From an uncultured Acidobacteriota bacterium (GTDB lineage Bacteria; Acidobacteriota; UBA6911), in the NCBI GenBank assembly GCA_963827655.1, contig CAWHCF010000010.1, positions 234,542 to 298,541 of the forward strand: a stretch of DNA of 64,000 bases, in the 5' to 3' direction. Of this stretch, positions 29,915-43,634 are shown piece after piece. The position numbers were made by a program, and so were the translations under genes. A model generated the notes under the pieces. That model was given only the letters and a program-made list of their open reading frames with translations. It ran no database searches and had not been told where the DNA came from. Position 1 is the stretch's first letter; each line of letters starts with the position of its first letter.

Positions 29915-31861
29915 ATGCCAAGAAATATCATCCGCCTGGCAATTCTCGCGGCGGCGGGGATGGTCGCCGCCAATCACGTCGCCCCTGCGCAGAGTTTCAG
30001 CCCTGAACTTGTCTCCCGTCGGAATGCGACGGAGAAGGCACTGCAGTCGATCGCCATCGTCGAGCGCAAGCTCATGGTGCCGATGCGCGACGGCAAGCGC
30101 ATGGCGACCGACGTCTACCGCCCGAAGGACACGTCCGGGAGGTACCCCACGATCTTTGTCCGAACCCCGTACAACTTCAATTACTGGGACGTGCGCAATG
30201 GCGCGCCGCGCGACATGACCAATCAGCTGGAGGCGGTGAAGCGCGGGTACGCCTACATCGAGATGAACGAGCGGGGTCACTTCTTTTCCGAGGGGGACTA
30301 CGACATCCTCGGTCCCCCTCGCACCGACGGTTACGATGCCATCTCATGGATCGCCTCGCAGCCCTGGTCTAGCGGCAAGGTCGGCACGATCGGGTGTTCC
30401 TCAACCGCCGAATGGCAGATGGGAGTCGCTGCGCTCGGCAACCCAGCGTACGCGGCGATGATCCCCCAGGGATTTGGCGCCGGCGTAGGACGTGTGGGCC
30501 CGTACTTCGAGCAGGGGAACTGGTACCGTGGCGGCGCCGTCCAGATGCTGTTCATCGCGTGGCTCTACGGAGAGCAGAATCAGGTGCGGCCGATGTTCCC
30601 CGCGAACGTGTCGCGGGAGGACCTGCTGCGCGTCTCGAAATCCTTCGACCTCGCGCAACAACTGCCGCGGGTCGACTGGTCGCAGGCGCTCCGGCACCTT
30701 CCCGTGATGGACATCATCAAGGCCGTGGACGGACCGGGCGGGATCTTCGCCGATCCGATGCCCGTCGCCACTGGCGGCGCGATGATCAAGCGGACGCCAA
30801 ATGATCCGGCCTGGTATCGCGGCGGGCTCTGGCACGACGATATGACGATCAACGTGCCCGGGCTCTGGTTCATGTCGTGGTACGACGTGTCGGTGGGGCC
30901 GAACCTTGCGCTCTATAATCACGTGCGGAAGACGGCCAAGCCGGAAATCGCCGGCCAGCAGTATGCGGTGATCGCGCCGACGCTCCACTGCGCCTACAAG
31001 CGCGCCACGGAGAACACTGTCGTCGGTGAGCGCAGCGTCGGCGACGCCCGCCTCGACTATGACGCGCTGACCTACGGCTGGTTCGACTACTTCCTCAAGG
31101 GGGAAAACAACCAGCTGCTCGCCACCCTGCCCAAGGTTCGTTATTACACGATGGGGGCCAACAAGTGGCAGACCTCGGACACATGGCCGCCGCAGGGCGC
31201 GCAGCCGATGACCTTCTTCCTGTCGAGCGGCGGCAAAGCAAATACGCTCGACGGCGACGGCGTACTTGCCGCCGGTCCGCCGCCGGCGGACAACCCGGAT
31301 CATTTCGCTTACGACCCGATGAACCCGGTACCCTCGCACGGCGGCAACGTCTGCTGCACGGGCAATGCCGTCACTGGCGGCGCTTTTGACCAGCGCAAAA
31401 CTGAGGCCAGGCCCGACGTTCTGGTGTACTCCACTGAGCCCCTCAAGGAAGGCATCGAAGCCAGCGGCCCGATCGAGGTCACTCTGTACGTGTCATCGGA
31501 CGCGAAGGACACCGACTTTACGGTGAAACTGCTCGACGTGTATCCGGACGGGCCTGCCTACAACCTGGACGAGACCATCCAGCGCCTGCGCTATCGTGAA
31601 GGATACGACAAGCCGCTGGTGTGGATGGAACCGGGCCGGGTGTACAGGGTAATTCTCCAGCCGATGACGACCAGCAACTACTTCGAGGCCGGACACCGAA
31701 TCCGCCTCGAAGTGTCGAGCAGCAACTTTCCGCGCTTCGACCGTAACATGAATACCGGTGGCAAGAACTACGACGAAGTGCAGGGAGTCGTAGCGCACAA
31801 CGCCGTTCACCACTCGAAGCAGTATCCATCGCAGATGAAGATCACGGTGGTGAAGCGGTAG
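29915..31861 (+). CDS. CocE/NonD family hydrolase (peptidase S15-like)
   Basis: [46 protein letters not shown]. Confidence 0.9.
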   Translation: MPRNIIRLAILAAAGMVAANHVAPAQSFSPELVSRRNATEKALQSIAIVERKLMVPMRDGKRMATDVYRPKDTSGRYPTIFVRTPYNFNYWDVRNGAPRDMTNQLEAVKRGYAYIEMNERGHFFSEGDYDILGPPRTDGYDAISWIASQPWSSGKVGTIGCSSTAEWQMGVAALGNPAYAAMIPQGFGAGVGRVGPYFEQGNWYRGGAVQMLFIAWLYGEQNQVRPMFPANVSREDLLRVSKSFDLAQQLPRVDWSQALRHLPVMDIIKAVDGPGGIFADPMPVATGGAMIKRTPNDPAWYRGGLWHDDMTINVPGLWFMSWYDVSVGPNLALYNHVRKTAKPEIAGQQYAVIAPTLHCAYKRATENTVVGERSVGDARLDYDALTYGWFDYFLKGENNQLLATLPKVRYYTMGANKWQTSDTWPPQGAQPMTFFLSSGGKANTLDGDGVLAAGPPPADNPDHFAYDPMNPVPSHGGNVCCTGNAVTGGAFDQRKTEARPDVLVYSTEPLKEGIEASGPIEVTLYVSSDAKDTDFTVKLLDVYPDGPAYNLDETIQRLRYREGYDKPLVWMEPGRVYRVILQPMTTSNYFEAGHRIRLEVSSSNFPRFDRNMNTGGKNYDEVQGVVAHNAVHHSKQYPSQMKITVVKR

Positions 31862-31879
31862 CCGACGGCTTACGCCAGA

Positions 31880-33223
31880 TCAGGGTCGCGTGGTAGTCGT
31901 CCTGCTCAGGGCCGACGGAATACTTCGCGGTTCGGACTCGTCGCTGTCAAAGGGACGGAACTCGCGCCCGCGAGTCTCGGGGCCGAGCCACATGATCGCG
32001 ATTGCCAGAGTGGTTGCCACGACCATGATCAGGCTCATCGCCGAGTTCAAGGCCATTCCGCGGTCATGGAGCCGGCCAATGAGCATGGGGGTAATTGACC
32101 CGATCCCCGCACCCGCGTGATAGGCAAAGCCCGGGCCGACGCCTCGGACCGCCGTCGGAAACCGCTCGCTCAAGTAGGTCGGGACTGCGCCTCCCATGCC
32201 GGGTCCGGTGAATCCCATGAGCAACGCGCCGGCCAGCCGCAGCGCAGGGTTGGTGGCGAACATATAGGCCGGGATCATGACGACGGCCAGCAAACCGGCT
32301 GCTGTCACCGAGCCCCGGCGGCCCAGCCTGGTTTCCGACATCCTTCCCCACGCGGTCGCGCCCAGGGCGTTCCCCAGATTCAGGGCGACGATGTACCAGA
32401 ACGGCTCCAGGCCGGATTGCCGGAGATACGTGGGATACCAGAACGAAATCGAATAAACCGACACCATGAATGCGCTGATCAGGAGTGACGTCTGAATCGT
32501 GGTCCCGAGCAGGTCTCGGTGAAACACCCGCAGCAGCGAGATAGGTTCGATATTTCCGGTTTGCCTGAGAAGCCGCCGGCGCTCGAGCCATACCGGGCTC
32601 TCGGACACGCCACTGCGGATCCACAGCACGAGAAGCGCGGGCAGCGCGCCGATCCAGAACAGGGCGCGCCAGCCCAGCCCGGGCTGCGTGTTGAAGAGTG
32701 GATAGAGATACCGGAAAGCGAGCGCCGAGAGAATGTACCCCCACGAAAACCCGCCCTGCAAGATTCCGGACGCGATGCCGCGCAGGTGCGTGGGCCAGTG
32801 CTCCATGGCCAGGGGCACGCCCGCGGCGTATTCTCCTCCCATGCCGATGCCGAAGAGCGCGCGGAACGCAAACAGCATGGCGTACGAAGTGGAAAAACCG
32901 CTCAGCAGCGAAAAGATCGAGAACCAGAGAATCGACACCATGAGCGGTCCCTTTCGTCCCCATCGGTCCGCGGCCGTGCCGGCGGCCACGCCCCCGACCA
33001 GCCGCGTCATCATCGTGACCGTGCCCAGAGCGCCCGCCAGCGCGCTATCGACGGTGAAGCTCTCCTGGATGTCGATCAGGACGAACATGAGGAGGGTGAA
33101 GTCGAACCCGTCGAGAACCCATCCCCAGAATGCGGCGTTGAATGCCTTCCACTGCTCTTTGCTGACCTGCCGATACCATGGCCCGGCAGCAACCTGCCGC
33201 GAATGATTAACCGCGTTGGTCAT
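31880..33223 (-). CDS. MFS transporter, sialate/carboxylate:H+ symporter (NanT/Jen1-like) family; intact copy
   Basis: GWVLDGFDF, ADRWGRK, FGIGMGGEY, ERFPTAVRG, GPETRG. Confidence 0.9.
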   Translation of the reverse strand: MTNAVNHSRQVAAGPWYRQVSKEQWKAFNAAFWGWVLDGFDFTLLMFVLIDIQESFTVDSALAGALGTVTMMTRLVGGVAAGTAADRWGRKGPLMVSILWFSIFSLLSGFSTSYAMLFAFRALFGIGMGGEYAAGVPLAMEHWPTHLRGIASGILQGGFSWGYILSALAFRYLYPLFNTQPGLGWRALFWIGALPALLVLWIRSGVSESPVWLERRRLLRQTGNIEPISLLRVFHRDLLGTTIQTSLLISAFMVSVYSISFWYPTYLRQSGLEPFWYIVALNLGNALGATAWGRMSETRLGRRGSVTAAGLLAVVMIPAYMFATNPALRLAGALLMGFTGPGMGGAVPTYLSERFPTAVRGVGPGFAYHAGAGIGSITPMLIGRLHDRGMALNSAMSLIMVVATTLAIAIMWLGPETRGREFRPFDSDESEPRSIPSALSRTTTTRP

Positions 33224-34156
33224 GACAGCTCAAACTTCGGATCGGACAGCCGGCCCGGCGCGCCGTGAAATCGCAAGGGAATTCGTCTTGTATCAGGTCG
33301 CCAGAGGGGTAATCCCAATGTAGTCTACCTTCTCGAGGAGGCATGGCCTGGGATCAGCGCCCTCGAGGGCCATCCGGCCCGTCGCATGAACGCGATAGCG
33401 ATTTAGCCTTAAGAAGTTCATTTGTGCCAGGGTAGCCGGATGGCTTATGCTCCGCACATCTTGAGTTTAGGCGTAAGACGTTTTTTCACAGCTCAGCGCC
33501 GAGATACGTATTTCTGCGCGAGCCCAGAGCCCTGCCTCGTCCGGGACAATGAGGCTGCGTCAATTTGGATGTCAACACAAATCGCGGTGGCGTGTGTGCA
33601 AGGACTTGCCATTTGACTGTCCCGGAGCGATCATGACCTCGAACGTTGAAGGAACGATCAAGACCATGTGAATCGCGGCTGGAGGCCTGACGCGTGACAG
33701 CCGTGGCCCAGTCCCCCTGGCTCTACGCGCACGGGTTGGGATAGAAGGCCCAGCGCCCTGCGTGCATTCTCTTCCGAGGGGTTCAACCCACTCTCAGAGG
33801 TTCCCAATATGCTCCCACGTTTCTTTGGAACGATTCTACCGCTGAGCCTGCTCGCGGTCGCGCTGGTCGGCGCGCCGCAGGAGCCGAAGCCGGCGGAACC
33901 CCAGGCGCCGCCGAATCCGCGCCTGGAAGCTCTCAAGCAGGAGGCCGCCGCCGAGGTCGACCGGATGCGGGAGCTCACGCAGCAGATGGTCGACACGATC
34001 TTCAGCTTCGGCGAACTCGGCTTCCAGGAGGTCGAGACCTCCGCCTATCTCACGGGCATCCTGGAGAAGAACGGCTTCAAGATCGAGCGGGGAATTGCCG
34101 GGATCCCGACGGCATGGATGGCGAGCTGGGGAACGGGCAAGCCGGTCATCGCTCTC
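32092..34156 (+). repeat. Direct repeat copy A (MFS 5' part, intergenic region, M20 5' part)
   Basis: Aligns with 40209-42098, with SNPs and an intergenic indel of about 175 bp. Confidence 0.9.
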
Positions 34157-34159
34157 TGA
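33809..34159 (+). pseudogene. M20/AbgB-like amidohydrolase 5' fragment, truncated at the IS91-like element
   Basis: Matches the first 116 aa of the 41751 gene except one I/V change; similarity stops at 34156. Confidence 0.85.
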
Positions 34160-35842
34160 CAGGGTGTGATCGACTCCGGAACGTAGGCCTCTCTGAAACG
34201 GGGATCCTACTGAAATTGGCACGTAAGACCCTGCGGCAGTTAGATTCCATGTGGGATGCAATCCCCAGGGAATCTATCGGCCCCGAAACGTACGGTCCAC
34301 CGACCTGTATCGCCTGGTTGAGGACAACTTCGACCAACTCGAGCGCGTCTGGGAGGAACGCTACGAAAAACAGTACGGCTTCTGGCGCCCGATCGTCCGT
34401 CATGTTGTCGAGCAGTACCTGGACTGCGGTGACCTGCGGTGCGGTTTTGCCCGCGTTTGGTGCGCATCCTGTCGCAGGGATCTCCTGCTTGCCTATAGTT
34501 GCAAGCGCCGCTGCTTCTGTCCCTCATGCCACCAAAAACGTGCCCTGCTCTTTTGCCGAGCACCTCGAGCAGAACGTGCTGGGCCCAGTCCCCATCCGTC
34601 AGTATGTCGTCACCATCCCCAAGATGCTGCGCCTCTGTTTCAAGTACGATCGCAAGCTCCTGGGGGCCCTGAGCCGGTGCTTTTACCTTGCGCTCAAGGA
34701 GCTTTTCCAGGATGGCGCCGCTGACCGCCAGGCGCGCCCAGGCATGATCGCTTCTCTGCAAACTTACGGTGATGATCCCACCCGGTTTCATCCTCATCTT
34801 CATTGCCTGGTGGCCGACGGGCTCCTGCTGCCCGACGGCTCCTTTATCCCCATCCCACGCCCCGATCCGGTCCGGATCATGCTTCTGTTTCGTCATAAGC
34901 TCCTGAAGCTGCTGCTGGCAAGGGAAAAAATCAGCCCCCACTTGGTCGAGATTCTTCTCTCCTGGCGTCACCCTGGCTTCTCTGTATTTCAGGGCGATCC
35001 CGTCTCCCCGGACGACCATCAGTCGCGACAACGCCTGGCCAGCTACATCTGCCATCCACCCATGGCGCTGGAGCGTTTGCACTATGACCCCCAAACCCGT
35101 CAGGTCGCCTACGATCGAAAAAACACGATCACAGCGCCGGCCCCGAGGCTCCTGCCGCCGCTTCCTGCTCGGCGCTCGACTTCCTGGCCGGCCTATGCAC
35201 TCATATACCCGATGCTGGCCAACAACTCATCAGGTATTACGGCGCGTTTTCCAACGTCCGCCGCGCCCGCGCCCGGCAAACGACAGCCCCGCCGCAGCCG
35301 ATGACCTCGCGCTCTGCGGAGGATGATGCTGTGCACGAAATGAGGAGTTCCTGGGCCCGCTTGATTAAGAAGGTACATGAGGCCGACCCTTTGACCTGCC
35401 CTCGCTGCGGGCGCCCCATGAAGATCATCAGCCTGATCGATAATCCTGCCGTGATCGAAAGAATTCTTCGCCACCTCAAGCTCTGGCATCAACCCGAGCG
35501 CCCGCCCCCCACTCCGCCTCCGAGAACTCTACACTATGACGTCGATCTCCCCGCCTGAGGCGATCCCCTCCCGCCGTTCCACGGTGCCGGATGGCGCTCC
35601 CGGGCCTCCGGTTGCTGAGCACCGCATGACTTGGCCGGCGCCACCGAGGGAAAGGTGTGCCTTGTTGAGCACTCGAATGGGGACGGAGGAGTTACCCTCA
35701 AGACCCAAGCTCGCTCCTCCGCCCTCGTTCCGCTCCAATCGCCTCCCGAACAGGCCTCTCACCCAGCCGCCGAGATATTTCAGCAGACCATCTCGCCCAA
35801 CTCATGCTATTCTCCCACCGGCACCGAAAAGCAATTTCCTAT
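34157..35842 (+). mobile_element. IS91/IS801/ISCR-family rolling-circle element; Y2 HUH transposase about 34251-35558 with several frameshifts
   Basis: Zn-binding CGDLRCGFARVWCASC..SCKRRCFCPSCHQKR, FHPHLHC (HUH), ASYI, IRYYG, WARLIKKVHEADPLTCPRCG; no TIRs; right boundary approximate. Confidence 0.85.
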
Positions 35843-35859
35843 TCTTTTTAATTTTTTAA

Positions 35860-35910
35860 TTGACAGTAATCCCTTTCACCTGTCATACCTCTATCTATTA
35901 ATTCTTTAAT
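35860..35910 (+). promoter_or_regulatory. Probable promoter/operator of the blaI-M56 operon
   Basis: AT-rich tract, TTGACA at 35860, TGACAG..CTGTCA and ATTAA-N4-TTAAT dyads; -10 box weak. Confidence 0.5.
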
Positions 35911-35924
35911 CTCTCGAGGTCGAC

Positions 35925-36305
35925 ATGGCTAGAAAAAAGTCTCCTCACCTCACTGACGCTGAGTTGAAGCTGATGGACGTGATTTGGGAGAAAGGCGCCT
36001 CGACTGTTTCCGAAGTTGTGGAGGCGGTAGCGAAGGATACGCCGCTGGCGTACTCCACTGTGCTGACGACGCTCCGGATCCTCGAAAACAAGGGTTACCT
36101 GCGTCACACGAAGGATGGCAGAGCATTTGTATACCGGCCCGTTGTGGCGAGAGAGAAAGCGCAGGAAAACGCGATCAAACACCTGTTGCGGCGCTTTTTT
36201 GAGGACTCGCCGGAATTGCTGGTGCTGAACATGATTGAGCGAAACAAGATCAGCGCGGATCAGCTCAATCGTTTGCGCAAGCGAATCGAGGAGAAGAAGT
36301 CATGA
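35925..36305 (+). CDS. BlaI/MecI/CopY family transcriptional repressor
   Basis: LTDAELKLMDVIWE, LAYSTVLTTLRILENKGYL, GRAFVYRP. Confidence 0.93.
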   Translation: MARKKSPHLTDAELKLMDVIWEKGASTVSEVVEAVAKDTPLAYSTVLTTLRILENKGYLRHTKDGRAFVYRPVVAREKAQENAIKHLLRRFFEDSPELLVLNMIERNKISADQLNRLRKRIEEKKS

Positions 36306-38434
36306 ATTGGGCTTTGTCGGGGCTCGTGAATGGTCTCCTCGTTAGTGCGCCGCTGACTGCGGCTGTCTGGTTATTACTGTTTTTCGCGTCCCGGCGCGGT
36401 TGGAATGCGGCGACACGATACGTCGTGTGGTGGATAACGCTCTCCGCTGTCGTCATGTTGCCGCTGGCTTACCTGCCGGTCACTGTTTTTCAATTTGTCG
36501 CGCGGCCGGCTCTGCCGCCGGTCCTGGCGGGTCCCGGCGTAGGAACCGCCGGCTCGATCGGGATCGCCGTGACCCAGACCGAAACTGTCATCGCACGCAG
36601 TTTGACTCCCGGCGCAATTCAATCGCGTTCATCGGACAGTTTGTTTCCCGTTCAGGTCACTTCGGGACGCTGGGCCGTGTGGGTTCTTATGTCATGGGCA
36701 GCGACGAGCGCCCTCCTATTGCTTCGTCTCACGGTCAGCTATGTTCTGCTCGAACGGCGGAAGAGGCGCGCCGAAAGTGCGTCGACGCATAAAACGCGCC
36801 TCGAGGAATGGCTCACGCGACGCCGGGCGGGACAGAGACAGGTTCGCGTAAGAGTATCCTCCGAGATCGCAGTTCCGATGGCAGCCGGCCCGTACGATCC
36901 TGTGATTCTCATTCCGGAGCGCATGATGGATCAGCTGGATGAAAACGATTTGATTCAAATCGGGCTGCACGAGGCTGCGCATTTCAGCCGCCGCGATGAT
37001 TACATGCTTCTGGTGCAGCGCGTCATCGAAGCGGTGTTCGTCTTTCATCCCTTTGTTCGCTGGATTGCGAGACGTATCGAACTCGAGCGCGAGATTGCAT
37101 GCGACGATTGCGTCATTCAGGCCACTGGTAATCCCAGGTCCTACGCCGCCTGCTTGACCCAGGTCATGGAACTGAGCGGCGGCGTGCTGCCGTCACGGCT
37201 GGCGGCGCCCACGACCGAACGAGCATCCCAACTCGAAACACGCATCGAAATGCTTTTGGATGACGGTCGCAAAACAACCACGCACGTGCTCAGGCCGCGG
37301 CTGACCGGTGCAGTTGTAATTCTCTTCGCAATGGTTTGGATGGCGGCGGTAGCGCCAGGCCCTGTACTTTTCTCAACACGAACCCGGGCCGTGCTTCAGT
37401 CACCGCCGGAGGCGGTAACAAGCCCCATCGCATCGCAGTCTATCGCGCCCGCAGTCCTAGCTCAGACTCCGGTTGCCCGGCAAATTCAACGGACTTCTGA
37501 TCCCGTCCAGTCCACGGCTTCGCTGGTCTTCGCTCAGACTTCCATTGCCCAGCAAGCTCCCAAGCCTTCTGGTCCGGGTACGGCCGCCGTAACCACGCCC
37601 AATCCCCGGGCGGTGCTGCGATTGACGGTTGTCGTTACTGAACGGCTTGGCCGCTATGTGTCCGGACTCGAGAAGGAACACTTCAAGCTCTTTGAAGACG
37701 ATGTGGAGCAGAACATCGCAGAATTCTCGAGCAATGGAGCGCTCTCTCTTGCGCTTGTTTACGCGATCCGAAACGGCAACCTCGGCAGCGGCGTGTTGGG
37801 CGAGACCATCGCGCAATTCCAGAGGATGTCAACCGTTGACGACGAATTCTGGGTTATCTACGGTTCCAACGCGGGGCCGGAATCGGTGCGCGTCGATCAG
37901 AGCGATGGAGCTCTGGATGAAGTACTGAAGCGGTTGGACTCTGCAAAAAGTGTTCCCCCATTGCCAGGAGAGATCCTGACAGCGGTTGAACTGATGAAGT
38001 CGGCGAAAAATTCGCGCAGAGCGGTCGTCATCGTCTCGGATGTAAACGATCGGGCCGCCCTAAACATCCAGGACCAGATCACCGGCATTGCCAACAAAGC
38101 CGGCGCTCAGATTTATGCGCTCAGCATGACTCCGCGCGACGCCGCAACGGACAGCGTCGCGGGCGAAGTGTCCGGCCTGTCGTGGCTGGACGCGATTACC
38201 AAACAAACCGGCGGCATTCACTTTTCGGGGCCTGGTGCGACGGAAGTGCTCGATGTACTCACGAAAATCGGAGTAGGACTGCGCAACACGTATCAGATTG
38301 GTTTCACGCCGACTAACATCGCGACAGATGGAGCGTACCGAAGAGTCCTTGTCGAGGTGCTGCCGCCGCGCGGCATACAAAATCTGTTCGCTCGCAGCCA
38401 ACTTGGCTACTTCGCGATAAATCAGGGTCGCTGA
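36302..38434 (+). CDS. M56 (BlaR1/MecR1-like) metallopeptidase with C-terminal acidobacterial VWA domain
   Basis: HEAAH, EREIACDD; V.GLEKEHFKLFEDDVEQ.I, AVVIVSD, YQIGFTP; ATGA overlap with blaI-like gene. Confidence 0.88.
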   Translation: MNWALSGLVNGLLVSAPLTAAVWLLLFFASRRGWNAATRYVVWWITLSAVVMLPLAYLPVTVFQFVARPALPPVLAGPGVGTAGSIGIAVTQTETVIARSLTPGAIQSRSSDSLFPVQVTSGRWAVWVLMSWAATSALLLLRLTVSYVLLERRKRRAESASTHKTRLEEWLTRRRAGQRQVRVRVSSEIAVPMAAGPYDPVILIPERMMDQLDENDLIQIGLHEAAHFSRRDDYMLLVQRVIEAVFVFHPFVRWIARRIELEREIACDDCVIQATGNPRSYAACLTQVMELSGGVLPSRLAAPTTERASQLETRIEMLLDDGRKTTTHVLRPRLTGAVVILFAMVWMAAVAPGPVLFSTRTRAVLQSPPEAVTSPIASQSIAPAVLAQTPVARQIQRTSDPVQSTASLVFAQTSIAQQAPKPSGPGTAAVTTPNPRAVLRLTVVVTERLGRYVSGLEKEHFKLFEDDVEQNIAEFSSNGALSLALVYAIRNGNLGSGVLGETIAQFQRMSTVDDEFWVIYGSNAGPESVRVDQSDGALDEVLKRLDSAKSVPPLPGEILTAVELMKSAKNSRRAVVIVSDVNDRAALNIQDQITGIANKAGAQIYALSMTPRDAATDSVAGEVSGLSWLDAITKQTGGIHFSGPGATEVLDVLTKIGVGLRNTYQIGFTPTNIATDGAYRRVLVEVLPPRGIQNLFARSQLGYFAINQGR

Positions 38435-38470
38435 TTCGTCGAGCGGGGTTCATATGAAGGGGCAGAGATC

Positions 38471-40072
38471 ATGAAAGAAACCAGCACAACGACACGGTCC
38501 ACTCATTTTGTCATACCCGCATTTGCAATTCTGTTGGTGGTGACGACACTCAGCGTGACGAGTGTCCCAGAGCTTTCCGCTCAGATGGTAACCGGGATAT
38601 TCAACGACGCGGATCGCACCGGCGTTTTCCCGCCGCGCATTGCCCAAGGCTCTGTATTTTTGATAGCCGGCTCAAATCTGTGGCCCACGAAGGAAACTTC
38701 CGTTCGGGTTAGTGTAGGAGACACAGTGGTCGAAATGCCTGTAGTCTCTGGTACCGGCAGTTGGGTTCGCGCCGTGCTTCCCGTCGAGACACCCGAAGGA
38801 TCCGGGGTTGTCGTGCTTCGGCACGATGGGCGTGAAAGCTACCCACGGGAAATTCGTGTGGTTCGCCGGGAATTCAGGTTATATGGACGAAACTACGTGA
38901 CAGCGCTTGCGCATAACCTCACTGCCGCAGGCGAGTGGCAGACGAACCGCTACACCCAACCGGCCAGGCCCGGTCAATTAGTCGTGCTCTGGGGTACCGG
39001 CTTGGGAGCCCATCGCGAAGTGGGTTCGGCGGAGGTTCTCTTAGGCGACAAACGCGCGCCGGTGGTTTATGCCGGACCGTCAGAGTGCTGCGGCGCCGGT
39101 GTTGACCAGGTCGTCTTTGCGGTACGGCCCGGGATTGAAGGATGCCATGTGCCGGTCAAGGTGAGGCTGCTGGACGACGAATCGGAAAGTAACTCGCCGG
39201 TCCTGGCGATAGGCGCCCCCGGGGATGGACCGTGTTCCGACCCGTATGGCCTGCCGGCAAATCTGCTGGACAAACTCGAATCTGCAGGCACTCTGGATTT
39301 CGGCAATATCCGCGGAAACGCCCGCGATCCAGAACGTGTTCCTACCGCCACAGAACTTGAGTACGGAGCTACCGACCCGGGACAACCCTGGTTCTTCGCC
39401 AGCTTTTGGTATGGCGTGCCTGCAACGGCAACGCTTCCGCCCCTCGGTACGTGCTACGGTCAAGCGGGGACGATCGGACCTTTCACTGAATCGATCCGCG
39501 GCAGTCCCGGCAGTCGGCCTTTCGATGCTGGCGTGTCACTGAACCTGCGCGGGCCGCACGGGCTCACCCAGATCGTGCGCAGAGCCACCGATCAGGCGGG
39601 CAGCGTCGGCTATGCTGGCGTCGATGTACCGGATCGCCTCGAGGCGGGCGAATACCTGTTGGATAACGGTGAAGGAACCTCCCGCATCGGACCGTTCCAA
39701 ACCACGTTTACATTGCGGGATGCATCCTTTGAATGGACCAATCGGAAAAGTTTTAACGCAGCGTCGATAGAGAACGGTATCCCGATTACGTGGAGCGGAG
39801 GTGATCCGGCGGGCGGCTATGTCGTGATATCGGCATATTTGACTCGTCAGACCGAGGATTGGCCGGAGGAGGTGAGCCACCTCACATGTGTGCAAAAAGT
39901 CGAAGAGAAGAGCTTCACATTGCCACTCTCACTGCTCAAATCCGCAGCCGCGGCGGATCTAATGACAGTGGGCGTCCGCTACGTTTTCCATCATCAATTT
40001 CTTGTGCCGGGACTGGACTTCGCTGAGTTCGCTTATGGCATAGGCAGTTCGGCGCGAATTCCTTTACGGTAG
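38471..40072 (+). CDS. Secreted acidobacterial Ig-like protein (TIGR03437-like domain)
   Basis: IAQGSVFLIAGSNL, PARPGQLVVLWGTGLG, VVYAGP..GVDQV. Confidence 0.65.
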   Translation: MKETSTTTRSTHFVIPAFAILLVVTTLSVTSVPELSAQMVTGIFNDADRTGVFPPRIAQGSVFLIAGSNLWPTKETSVRVSVGDTVVEMPVVSGTGSWVRAVLPVETPEGSGVVVLRHDGRESYPREIRVVRREFRLYGRNYVTALAHNLTAAGEWQTNRYTQPARPGQLVVLWGTGLGAHREVGSAEVLLGDKRAPVVYAGPSECCGAGVDQVVFAVRPGIEGCHVPVKVRLLDDESESNSPVLAIGAPGDGPCSDPYGLPANLLDKLESAGTLDFGNIRGNARDPERVPTATELEYGATDPGQPWFFASFWYGVPATATLPPLGTCYGQAGTIGPFTESIRGSPGSRPFDAGVSLNLRGPHGLTQIVRRATDQAGSVGYAGVDVPDRLEAGEYLLDNGEGTSRIGPFQTTFTLRDASFEWTNRKSFNAASIENGIPITWSGGDPAGGYVVISAYLTRQTEDWPEEVSHLTCVQKVEEKSFTLPLSLLKSAAAADLMTVGVRYVFHHQFLVPGLDFAEFAYGIGSSARIPLR

Positions 40073-40122
40073 TAGGGACTCCGTACCAGCGATCGCGAGG
40101 AAATACAAAGACAGAAAGGCAC

Positions 40123-40165
40123 AAAGAAAGCCGGCAATCAAACGTCCTTGATGCCGGCTTTCTTT
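40123..40165. terminator. Probable bidirectional intrinsic terminator within a 9-mer-type palindromic element
   Basis: Stem AAAGAAAGCCGGCA / TGCCGGCTTTCTTT between convergent genes. Confidence 0.65.
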
Positions 40166-40208
40166 TGTGTCTTGTGTCTCCTCCACTTGGTCGTTTTTAA
40201 GCGAGTTT

Positions 40209-41342
40209 TAATTGACCCGATCCCCGCTCCCGCGTGATAGGCAAAGCCCGGGCCGACGCCTCGGACCGCCGTCGGAAACCGCTCGCTCAAGTAGGTCGGG
40301 ATCGCGCCTCCCATGCCGGGCCCGGTGAATCCCATGAGCAACGCGCCGGCCAGCCGCAGCGCAGAGTTGGCGGCGAACATATAGGCCGGGATCATGACGA
40401 CGGCCAGCAAACCGGCTGCTGTCACCGAGCCTCGGCGGCCCAGCCTGGTTTCCGACATCCTTCCCCACGCGGTCGCGCCCAGAGCGTTCCCCAGATTCAG
40501 GGCGACGATGTACCAGAACGGCTCCAGGCCGGGATTGCCGGAGATACGTGGGATACCAGAACGAAACCGAATAAACCGACAGCATGAATGCGCTGATAAG
40601 GAGTGACGTCTGAATCGTGGTCCCGAGCAGGTCTCGGTGAAACACCCGCAGCAGCGAGATAGGTTCGACATTTCTGGTTTGACTCAGAAGCCGCCGGCGC
40701 TCGAGCCATACCGGGCTCTCGGACACGCCACTGCGGATCCAAAGCACGAGAAGCGCCGGCAGCGCGCCGATCCAGAACAGGGCGCGCCAGCCCAGCCCGG
40801 GCTGCGTGTTGAAGATTGGATAGAGATACCGGAAAGCGAGCGCCGAGAGAATGTACCCCCACGAAAAACCCACCCTGCAAGATTCCGGACGCGATGCCGC
40901 GCAGGTGCGTGGGCCAGTGCTCCATGGCCAGGGGCACGCCCGCGGCGTATTCTCCTCCCATGCCGATGCCGAAGAGCGCGCGGAACGCAAACAGCATGGC
41001 GTACGAAGTGGAAAAACCGCTCAGCAGCGAAAAGATCGAGAACCAGAGAATCGACACCATGAGCGGTCCCTTTCGTCCCCATCGGTCCGCGGCCGTGCCG
41101 GCGGCCACGCCCCCGACCAGCCGCGTCATCATCGTGACCGTGCCCAGAGCGCCCGCCAGCGCGCTATCGACGGTGAAGCTCTCCTGGATGTCGATCAGGA
41201 CGAACATGAGGAGGGTGAAGTCGAACCCGTCGAGAACCCATCCCCAGAATGCGGCGTTGAATGCCTTCCACTGCTCTTTGCTGACCTGCCGATACCATGG
41301 CCCGGCAGCAACCTGCCGCGAATGATTAACCGCGTTGGTCAT
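40209..41342 (-). pseudogene. Second MFS copy, 3'-truncated and with frameshifts
   Basis: Matches the 33223 gene up to GAGIGSI, then stops; last ~70 codons absent. Confidence 0.85.
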
Positions 41343-41750
41343 GACAGCTCAAACTTCGGATCGACAGACCACTACCGCGCGCCGTGAAATACCAAGGGAA
41401 CTTGTCTTGTAGCGGGTTGCGAATGTCGCTTTATCTCCTCGAGGCCGTGCCCGCGAAATAGACGCCGGAGATCCCGCCTCGTCCGGGACAATGAGGCTGC
41501 GTCAATTTGGATGTCAACACAAATCGCGGTGGCGTGTGTGCAAGGACTTGCCATTTGACTGTCCCGGAGCGATCATGACCTCGAACGTTGAAGGAACGAT
41601 CAAGACCATGTGAATCGCGGCTGGAGGCCTGACGCGTGACAGCCGTGGCCCAGTCCCCCTGGCTCTACGCGCACGGGTTGGGATAGAAGACCCAGCGCCC
41701 TGCGTGCATTCTCTTCCGAGGGGTTCAACCCACTCTCAGAGGTTCCCAAT

Positions 41751-43403
<1,653 letters not shown>

Positions 43404-43634
43404 CGTTTGCTGCGGAGCGCCGGGTCGTGTGAACCCGTCTCGCATGCCGGCGGACGGCGGACTACCAGGCGCGGGGGGCACGAGATTGCTGGAACGCTTC
43501 ATCCCGCAGTAAAAGCAAACACGTTTCGGGGAGCAGAGATAGCGAGCGAGCCGCCTTACCCGCCGTTGCCTCGTCGTATCAGCGCCGATGGTCAGAAGAC
43601 ACCAACCGCTGTAAACGTCCCTACAGGATTTTCC

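Noticed and set aside
35925-38434. Beta-lactam-sensing bla regulon controlling the B3 lactamase
   Set aside because: The sensor domain is VWA rather than penicillin-binding, and the lactamase is 12 kb away outside the duplicated unit
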